Shown: positions 54,960-64,000 of the stretch, piece by piece
Layout of the letters: every line of letters starts with the position of its first letter
Position numbering within the stretch: position 1 is the first letter of the stretch
Source: Gnetum montanum
Taxonomy: Eukaryota; Plantae; Gnetophyta
Direction of reading: 5' to 3'
Assembly (NCBI GenBank): GCA_015680685.1
Contig: MNCI01002402.1
Span: 1 to 64,000 of the forward strand
Length of the DNA stretch: 64,000 nucleotides
Notes under the pieces: model-generated
Told to the model about the DNA's origin: nothing
The model's database searches: none
The model's input: only the letters and a program-made list of their open reading frames with translations
Made by a program: the position numbers and the translations under genes

Positions 54960-57116
54960 TCTAGTAAGGTGATATCATTCTTTTCTTGAGCATGTGCTGC
55001 TCTAAGTAGGAAATTTTCAAAAAACCTTCCATAATTAATCTATCTAGAGATAAATAAGCATTTCAAAAAGAACGAACATGGAAGGAAAACCCTACCTTTT
55101 CCATGCTTTATTAGAAAACTTTGCAAAATGATAGGGATAGTCTACTATGCCAACACCATAATCATGTATACTCCCATAGCCTCTTAGTCTAAAATGATAA
55201 AAGATAAGATGCCTACCATATCTAAAAAATAAGAGCAGCAACCACCACCTACTCAAGAAACAACACTGGAAGCCCATGCTACCATAGAGCACCTATGTAA
55301 AATCCAAGAGCAACTCTTGCAACAATAGGAGTAGTGAGTAGGAACGAGTGGTTGAAATCCATTTGTGTATTGACTTGTAATGAGTCACCTTAATAAAGTT
55401 TCTCAAATAGTTAGTCAGATGGAGGAATGTGGACCAATATTTTCAGCCCAATGAATGTAGTTGTTCACAAGATTGAATTCTAGTACCTAAGTGGTGATGG
55501 TGTCTCTCTCTCAACACCAGTTATTTCCAAAAATCTCTAGGAATTCTACTCCTTTTCAATGCACTTGGAGGAGGGTGAGGGGGCAACTATACTAGTGATG
55601 TAGCACCAAGGGTAAGAGACAGCTGCAGAAATGGTTGCTAACAGAATCACTAAAGTACTTAATGCATTTGCAGCATCTGTACTAGATGTATTTGCACTTA
55701 GATATGTGTAGACATCTACATGAATTGTCAGTGAAAGATTGTGTAATCTAACATGAAAAATTATTCGACCGATTGGTGGGGACTGTGCAACTGATTTCAA
55801 ACATCTTTGATTTTCTAGATAACATTACTATAATCCAGTCAAAGTTGCTTGAAGCAAAGGGCAAATGTATCATCCTTGAAGGGAAACTTAAAATAGCTAT
55901 AGCACAAAGCCAATGCTTAACTACACAAGTTGCTAAATTACATGCCCATTTTGTTGATCCCATACTTCTCAACCCTGTAATAACCAAATATGAAGGTTTT
56001 CAAAAACTTCAAGAATGATTAAAACAAGTTGATGAGGAAATGGTAATGGCCATATTTGACCAGTCCATAGCCAAAGCAAAGACTTACTCACTTCAAAAGG
56101 ACTTGGTTCAAACGTGCCAAGAAAATGAAACATTGACTACAGAAAGCCATCACCTACGGAATGTTGATGCACACAAAGAACAAATGTAAGAATTCATTCA
56201 TCAACAACAAGAGTATCTAGCCAAAGAAAACATAGAATTAAGGAAACTGGTAATGGAGAATTGCAATCTATCTATGAAGGAAGTCTATGCCTTATGCTAG
56301 AAATTTACCACTGAAATTACCACCTAGAAAAATGAGGCTCTCAAATTTGAAAAAGTTAAGAATCACTATAGAAACTAGGTTGGCATAAGAAAGAAGGTGA
56401 ATGAGAAACATATTCAAATGACTAAGGTAAATATAAATAAATCCCTTTAACAACTCCAACAAGGAAGAGAGGTGTAGAAACCCATCATTGATGAGATAGA
56501 TGCTTGCAACAAAGTAGAGATCCACCTAAAGGAGTTGCAAATTGATAAAATGACAAAATATATGGAACTGGCCCATCTTTGATATGCAAATCTGGCAATG
56601 TTGACTACTAGATTGCTATGGTTTGAACTTGAAAAGTAGGTGGATAGCTTGTACTTGCTATATGAGGCTGAGTTCAAGCACCATAAGGACACCAAGCAAA
56701 AACTTTAGAATGCTAAACTTGAAGTTCTTAAGACATGATTCATCGATCAATAATCAAATGTGAGGAACCTAGCTAGGAGAATTAATGATTATCAAGAGCT
56801 ACAAAATGTGATCAAGGTGTTTGACATCGAGCACAAACAATTTACTACCTAGTTCATCAATGCTAAGGAGTTGTTCCCAGAAATTCCCTATCCTTGGGAT
56901 GTGCCCATTCCAACCCACATTGGTGAAGTTGTGTGGACCATGCACAATTCCAAGAGTAAAGAGGAGAAAATGATAACATTGTTAGATGCTTTCCATCATA
57001 TGCTAGAGGTTGCAGTAATAGTTGGATAGCCACAACAACCTCAACTGTTGCATGTGCCTAAAGCTAGAGAAGGTCCATCAAAGCGTTAGGAGCCTTCACT
57101 TCCTAGGACCATGTGA
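54960..57116 (+). pseudogene. Extra 3' ORF of Athila-like element D (5'-truncated)
   Basis: Collinear with 12130-14280 (NLP.LIYLEINKHFKKNEHGRKTLPFPCFIRKLCK at ~55023-55127). ORF 55773-56018 is coiled-coil-like. Ends cctaggaccatgtga, like cttaggaccatttga in element A. Confidence 0.75.
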
Positions 57117-57341
57117 TCTTTTCAATTATCTTCATACCACCAAAAGATGTGTTGTTTGATTTTTGTTGGATGTTTAATTGTTTTTCATGAACACCATAAT
57201 TTGTAATTTTATTAATTCGTACACCTAGGCACTTAGTTTTGTCATGATTAGTTTTGTTGTGTCATGTGCTAATCAGTAATCCCATACCTTTTCAATTTTG
57301 TAACCAACTCGAGGATGGGTTTTCATTTATTCATGGGGGTA

Positions 57342-58252
57342 TGATGAGTCATGGATTGGCCATGTCAATGAGCCCTTGTCAACTAGGCCCCATCAATTAG
57401 GCCATGTCGACTAGGCCCTGTCAACACATCATTTGATGTGTTGACATGGCCACATCAACGCAGGGTCTGTTCTTGCTTATAAAAATGTGTCCACCTGCCC
57501 ATGTTTAGGCATCATCTTATCATAGTTGTAGCAAAGCTCTTGTAGTTTTTACATTTGAGAGTTAGAATATTTTCCTGAGTGCTCACATTAGGATTCATTG
57601 AGTGTATGAATCTTTATTCAAGCATTGTTGTACCTAAACATGACAATGTATGGTAATAAAGATGAGCTTTCTAATTAAACATTGCAACATTTTGGATAGC
57701 TTAAATGTTTCATTCATGCATTTAATGTTTTCAATTATTTATTAAATGTTCTTTAGTAATTAAGTTAATTAAGTAATTAAGAAAGATAAGCTAAATAGTA
57801 GTTAAGTAAACACATAAGTATGTCTGCTGTGAGCATGCGTATGATGTTTGATAATCCTAGTAGTGCCTTACACTTGGTAACCCAGCAATGTTATATGTGT
57901 TCAAGATGTGTACGATAAGTGGGACTAGATACTTATGTTAGGGCTAGTTGAACAATAGTTAGCCCATTAGATTAAAGTAGATATTAAATTACTTCATTCT
58001 CTATCCTATTTATTTTAAGCACCAAAACCATAAAATATAAAATGATAAAAATCATGTGCCTCAATTACACTTAAACCATACCTTTGAACTTCAAAAGTGT
58101 AGTTAGGAAGACAATAAACATCCTCAACGTAAAGTTCACTTCCTAGAGAACTAGTGCACTAGAATACATAGAGTCTATAGAATTCAATCAGATCACACAT
58201 GAACGCTTCATGATTCTTATGATTGGGTATAGGGGTACCTCACCACTCATCA
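57342..58252 (+). repeat. 3' LTR of element D
   Basis: Follows PPT tcatgggggta; tgatgagtc...ggggtacctcaccactcatca. ~16 bp ggccatgtcaa/gtcgac tandem units at 57358-57425, then ttataaaaa. Confidence 0.85.
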
Positions 58253-59914
58253 CTTACTATCATTGAAGAGCCATTTAAAATGAAATTTATCTTCAAAATA
58301 AAAATGTAATATTCTTTTTCATCCTACTTTTCTGTAGGCTTTCACTTTTTTTAATGTTTTTTTTAGGAGCCTCTTCTTGCCAACAACAAGATGCATAAAT
58401 AGAATACATATTTTAAGAACACAATTACATATTCTTTGACTAATAAGGATGTCTCATCATAACATTATATTTGTAGGGATGATTTCATTAGCCTTAATGT
58501 GTTGGTTTACTACTNGTAGGGATGATTTCATTAGCCTTAATGTGTTGGTTTACTACTTTTAATAAAAAAGTGTGATTCTTGCAATAAAGAAATGCAAAAG
58601 CAACATTATTTTAGAATTGATAGAATGAATTTTTATTGTAGGTAATGTAGAAGAGCAAAAAGTATTTGAGATGCAACATGGTTCTCACATTACCATCTTA
58701 AATTGAAACAAATTTTTTGGCTCACATTTGATTGGTATTAGAAATTACTAAATAATTATTTTTCATGTTACAATAACATTTCAAAGCACTTTGTTGTTGA
58801 TTGGTATACTTTTTTGTAGATATATTTGTGCAAATGCATTGATTTCAAATAGAGAACAAATTGGTGGGAAAGGAAAATTTGTTAAGACTGAGGAATCTTT
58901 GTTTAGTAAAAGAAAATACTATTAATAAACTAAAATAAAGNAAGGAATCTTTGTTTAGTAAAAGAAAATACTATTAATAAACTAAAATAAAGTAGTAACA
59001 AATCTTTGGTGGCATTAAGAGATATTTTGGTAATGTTTTTCTATTAGTTATTGTAGATAAGAAAAAAGAAATGCTCATGAATTGCATTTATAAGTGAATT
59101 AAGCAAGGCATAATCATCTATAGCAACATGTGGAAGGAATAACATGGAATTACTTAATCAATTACAATATTAGCATGCTTAAGTGACTCATTACCTTTAT
59201 TTTAAATATCTTGATACATAGGTGTATACAATTTCTATTGAATCTACTTGGATACAAGTGAAAAGACCACTTCCTGATAGCAACAATTTATATGGCATTA
59301 AAAATTTTTATTACATAAAGAAAACATGCTCTATGTTTTTATGGAACATCTAAAAACATATAGAGGTTCATGTTCATATTCTAATGATAGAGAAATGAAA
59401 ATGAAGAAAGTGGTAATTTAGTTAGTGTTGATGCAAACAAAAGTATTAAGGAGATCTCTAATTTTGATGTTTCTTTTAAGAATGATATAAAGAAAAAGAT
59501 GCATTTTGATCCCTCTATTGTATAAAATAAAACTACAATGCAAGATAGATCCTTCATGTTTACTCTTACTTTAGTCAACTTTTTAGTTTAGTTTATTTCC
59601 TATAATTTTTACTAAACATTGATTCATGGCATTTTGGTGTATGCATTGCTTGAAAACATAAGCTACTAGCATTATGCTATGTATCTGCATCTAAGTGTTT
59701 TGACATGATTAAATGTTTTTTCCAACATTTCATTTTTCTAGAAGATAGTAATATTTGCATTATCAATTTCACAAGGTTTGATTCAATCATGTGTCTATCA
59801 TAATTTAGGTTTCCATAATTACAAACTATTACCATTAAGCTAATAGTTCATTGTCAAATCAAACAAACAAAAGTCTTACTTGTAAAATTAATATTTTTTT
59901 AATAATGAAGCATT

Positions 59915-60005
59915 AGCATTAGCCTATTGGTAAGATACTTGATTTGGAAGCTCTAGGTCATGGGTTTCTTTCATGTCATGGGTTTGATTCCAATGGACAA
60001 TGCCA
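59915..60005 (+). other. tRNA-like Pol III head (SINE 5' end or tRNA pseudogene)
   Basis: A-box-like tagcctattggtaag (59920) and B-box-like ggtttgattcc (59981). Spacing becomes tRNA-like if the internal gtcatgggttt duplication is removed. Confidence 0.35.
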
Positions 60006-60454
60006 AGTTATATAAAGTTATATCTTACAGTGTATCTATGTTTCAGTTGTTTGAGTTCCAATACCCCTAATTTAATATTTTTTAAATTGAAAACCCATCT
60101 TAACTCTTCCACTTTAAACGTTGTTTTTGCATTCACCACTTCTTTAGAAATGGACCATCTCACAAGCAAGTGATAGTGCCTAACCTTTTTTTCTTCTAGA
60201 GACAATGGTTAAACACTTATCATGAAAACAATGGTGTATCTTTTATTGGCCTTAGACGATGCACCTATAGGTAGACAATAGGATTAGGAATGACAAAGGT
60301 GTTTATGCCATGGAAATTTTATTCTTAAAAATTACACTTGTTATTCATAGTTACATTGCTTGTTACTGCACCTCCCAACATGCAAGTTGTAATAAAATGA
60401 GCTTGGATTACATACTTCTGGAAGTTTATTATAGTCGAGGTCATCAAAACTTCC

Positions 60455-60933
60455 ATGGGCAGATTAGGCAAGTTAAAAATCAACTAAAACTAGAAAGTGC
60501 ATCCTTCCATGTTCATGACCCTCTATGCCTGTCTTCCATTTACAATGTGTTGGGAGGAAGACTATCGCACGATACACGTGCTCTTGCTATTTTAAGGACA
60601 TTAAATAACCTTCATTGTAATGATGAGGATCTCTTTATATTTAGGTTCTTAGATAGTGTACTTAGTATTGTTGCTATAATGTATGATAATAAAATGGGCA
60701 AATTAAGCAGGTTAAAAATCAACTAAAACAAGAAAGTGCATCCTTCCATGTTCATGACCCTCTATGCGTGTCTTCCATTTACAATGTGTTGGGAGGAAGA
60801 CTATCGCACGATACACGTGCTCTTGCTATTTTAAGGACATTAAATAACCTTCATTGTAATGATGAGGATCTCTTTATATTTAGGTTCTTAGATAGTGTAC
60901 TTAGTATTGTTGCTATAATGTATGATAATAAAA
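60455..60933 (+). repeat. Tandem duplication, 2 x 239 bp
   Basis: 60455-60693 is repeated at 60694-60933 with about five substitutions and no N at the junction. Confidence 0.9.
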
Positions 60934-61799
60934 ACCTTTAACAAAAGAAATTAAAATCATCTGCTAAATAACAACCATTTATTTTCTTTAATACATAGAA
61001 ATTAAAATTCTCCTGTAGTTTTGGTTATGATTGATCAAAAAGGAGCAACGTCCAGCATAATAATCTTGCTTATCAACATAATCAAGTCACTTCCGTAAAC
61101 AAAGAAGATAAACCTTTGTCATTCAACCCATGCCAGTTTGAAGGCATTTTATTTTCTTTAATACATAGAAATTAAAATATTGACAAGCCTTTTGATCCGT
61201 GTATAAAGCTATTATTCGAGAGTGTAAAATGGTTGTAACCAGTTGCATTTGACATGCTTTCTCACCACAAGCCAAAGCTGTTGTTGCTTTTGCAAAAAGC
61301 TTCAATCATTCTGTCTGTAAGGACATGAAAGCTGTTAGCCTAATTTTATAACAATAACCGTCATTATTTTGTTGTGTAGAATAGCTTCAGAGGAGCGGTC
61401 CGTTACAAGCTTTCCTATTTAGGAAAATATCAAAAGTTACTTGTAATATTCTGCATAAAATTAATGAGGACTCTGAAGAAGAAAATTATATTAGACACTC
61501 TTAAGGTTCTAAAAGTTGCTAAATCATTTCTAAAATATGGTAAGCAAAATGTCCTTCCACTAAAAACGAAACAATAACATTTGTTACTGTAACAGTAACG
61601 TGAGACTTATTCTGGGCAAATAAACAAGTACAATCATGAACGGCATTGGAATTCATTTTCAATTTATTTGTTTTTACAGAATGTCCTAATGATTTATATC
61701 TATATAAAAAACGGATATATAAGAAAAAGATTAAAAATACCTCGTAATTAGGATTTAGGAATGTAGCAACAAGACATTAGTTTTGGTAGAGCATAGCTG

Positions 61800-62886
61800 T
61801 TAACAGAGTATATTATCTAGGAAATGCCAGACTTGATTCCCATCATCAGACGTGGACTCCCTGTCACCGTTAAAACTCAAAAATGCAGGTACTTCTGGAC
61901 TCGGTAAGTCAATGGAGATATTTGTAAGCATTGATAAGACTGTGGACATAGGTGGTCTTAATAATGAATCTGCCTGTGCGCATAAAAGTCCCACATGAAT
62001 GCACCTCATTACGTGTTCATCGGGTGTTCGTTGGAACTGTTGATGTTATACTTTCATCAACAATGTCCTCCACATTTCCTTACTGAAATAAATTCCATAC
62101 CTGAATTACGAAGAAAGCCATTAATGAAGCTTTTTGCAGATGGACTGATGCATAAAGACTGGATATTACCTTAGTTAAGATGTTGTGTCCACTTGATATG
62201 TCAAAGTCTCCATTCTTTATTCCACTGATGACTTCCAAGATAACAATACCAAAGCTATACACATCTTCTTTGGTTGATAATTGACCTTTGATTGCATATT
62301 CAGGTATCCACCGACAAAAAGAAATTTAGAAATTGATGTCAATTTATAAAAAATGAATCAGTAACTTAAAATCTACATAGTTTTTCATTGTAGTATCAAA
62401 CTCGTTCCAGCAACTTTGGTTTGAATTTTTGTTACATCTTTAGTAAATAGCTTTGCTAAACCAAATCTGCAATTTTGGGGTTAAATTTATCGTCCAATAA
62501 AATATTTGCTGCCTTGATATCCCTGTGAATGACTTTAAGCTTAGAATATTCATGGAAATATAGAAGACCTTTAGCAACACCAACGATTATGTGGAAATGC
62601 TTTGGCCAATTGAGATAAATTTTCTTGGTTGAATCTATCACACAAAGCATAAAAAACATCACATAAATGAGTTGATAAGAACAACATGCCATAAAAATTC
62701 CATGAAATGAAAATGGACCTTACCAAAAATAATTTTATCAAGGCTTCCATTGGAGAGATATTCATAAACAAGGAACCTTTGAGGGCCATCCACACAACAA
62801 CCCAAAAGGATCACAAGATTTCTATGCCGAATCTGGATGAGAAGCTTGATTTCATTCCGGAATTCTTTTTTTCCTTGTGAGGATCT
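61800..62886 (-). pseudogene. Receptor-like kinase pseudogene (CRK/DUF26 or S-domain type kinase domain), subdomains III-XI; exons ~62886-62724, 62634-62402, 62310-62170, 62100-61800
   Basis: SSQGKKEFRNEIKLL..HRNLV.LLGCC; [13 protein letters not shown]; DVYSFG; RCIHVGLLCAQ..RPPMS; family-typical intron positions. Lesions: 1 nt deletion in DFG (~62464), acceptor AG>GG plus deletion in GYMAPE (~62305-62312), TAA at 62080-62082, frameshift near 62025, no subdomains I-II. Confidence 0.9.
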
Positions 62887-63951
62887 AGTTGTTGTAATCC
62901 AAGAGACTTCTAATATAGTCCTGAAGGATTGAACTTCTATGGATCTTTGAGGAGGATGAGACATCTTGGTTTCTTCTTGACCTTCTACTACCCTTGTGTC
63001 TTTGCTTAGTAGTATGCCAATGGTTCCTGATTCCATTTTTTGTTCTACCTAGTACATGCTTAGCAATCTTAGCCCATCTATTGCAGAGATCCATGTGGGC
63101 CNATGCTTAGCAATCTTAGCCCATCTATTGCAGAGATCCATGTGGGCCTATACCAACATCCTCTCCTCCTCTTTTATTCATATATCCTTCTGCATGAATC
63201 AACAAATATCAATGATCCATGATCTAGATCAAGTGATGAATAGCAAAGTAAATTCTTTTTTGTGAAAGAAAGAAATAAAGCAAAATGTAACTAAAAACCT
63301 TAATGTCTAATCATGGATGATTGTGCCATATTTCTCTACACTATTTTCCTACCTAGTGCAAAAGCATTTGAGCAATGTGCAACTATTTTTTAACTCCATA
63401 TTTCTACACTAGTCTCAACAATAACCTATCCACACACTGCAACAACCATACAAACCATGCGATATCATTTATCCTTCTATGTAAGTTTGCAACTGGGCAA
63501 CTATGCTTTGAAAGATGTTAAATGAAATTCTTCCAATAATGTGAAATATCAAAACCAACAATCTAAAAAGCTACAAAACCTAGAAGTAATAAGGTACTTG
63601 TTATATACTTGTCCTCTTCATCTATCCATTGACCCTTGATGATGTTGGCTTTCTTAAGCTGGCCTACTATGGAGGCTCTGTGTTTTACTTCCTTTATGAA
63701 TATAGTGCTTCTTGATGTTCAACAGTTACTGTTGTGAGTCTCTATGATGCTTCTCATGGTAGAAGCAGTGATGGAGTTGGTAATGCCACACAAATCCTAG
63801 GCAGTTGGGACTATAGTTGTTGTTTACAGCCCTGGAAGCTACTAGGGAAAGAGCAGGTTGTGAGAGTTTATGTGAGGCTGAGGCTGCTGCTATTACTATT
63901 ATTCTTGGTTAAGCTGTAGCTAATAATCTAGAAACCTTGAAGCATGAATAG
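62885..63951 (-). pseudogene. R2R3-MYB pseudogene of MYB98/MYB64/MYB119 type; exons ..-63609, 63425-63299, 63189-62885
   Basis: KKANIIKGQWIDEED|GT. 127 bp exon LLLRLV*KYGVKK*LHIAQML..VGK*CREIWHNH..DIK. Last exon KDI*IKEEERMLV*AH..NRWAKIAK..GRTKNGIRNHWHTTKQR followed by the clade-typical ILQDYIRS motif. GT-AG introns intact; seven in-frame stops in exons 2-3. Confidence 0.9.
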
Positions 63952-64000
63952 TGATGAGACGCGAATTGCACAAGTCGTGATATCGTGTACGCGATATCAC
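63952..64000 (+). repeat. Start of a young Athila-like LTR (element C type) abutting or interrupting MYB exon 1
   Basis: Starts tgatgag and carries CpG-rich gatatcg/gcgatatc motifs like those at 54841-54950. Truncated by the window end. Confidence 0.6.

Noticed and set aside
58473-58991. Exact direct repeats at ~58473-58555 and ~58891-58991
   Set aside because: Each pair straddles a single N (58515, 58941): contig-overlap artefacts.
60310-60726. 138 aa ORF, the longest in the track
   Set aside because: No recognisable domain; overlaps the tandem duplication; probably spurious.
62659-63036. ORF-track 125 aa protein as an intact MYB-kinase fusion
   Set aside because: Its N-terminal half is an alternative frame of the MYB exon and it reads into an intron; it contains no MYB residues.
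63056-63148. 46 bp duplication inside MYB exon 3 and the plus-strand ORF 63056-63265
   Set aside because: Exact copy across the N at 63102; the ORF is antisense to the MYB exon.

Overview
AT-rich land-plant nuclear DNA (species not determinable), made almost entirely of nested, decayed LTR retrotransposons with heavy C>T/G>A deamination. It holds a Ty1/copia 3' end, a full-length ~12.7 kb Athila-like Ty3/gypsy element (2636-15375) inserted into an older relative, a Tat/Ogre-type pol with an extra RNase H, and two pol-less elements that keep gag plus an extra ORF: a SIRE-like copia flanked by a ~167 bp duplication, and an Athila-like element with a perfect ATTGG TSD (38264-46774). Further Athila fragments follow. 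The right end has a MYB98/MYB119-like R2R3-MYB pseudogene joined directly to a 5'-truncated CRK/S-domain-type kinase pseudogene. I found no intact protein-coding gene. The most striking pattern: the extra 3' ORF of three elements from both superfamilies sits behind its own internal TATA box and copies of the same palindromic motif arrayed in that element's LTR. A fourth ORF has a similar array whose LTR is not visible. This suggests an element-specific motif/protein regulatory module (hypothesis). All alignments and translations were done by eye; single-N gaps with flanking duplications are treated as assembly artefacts.
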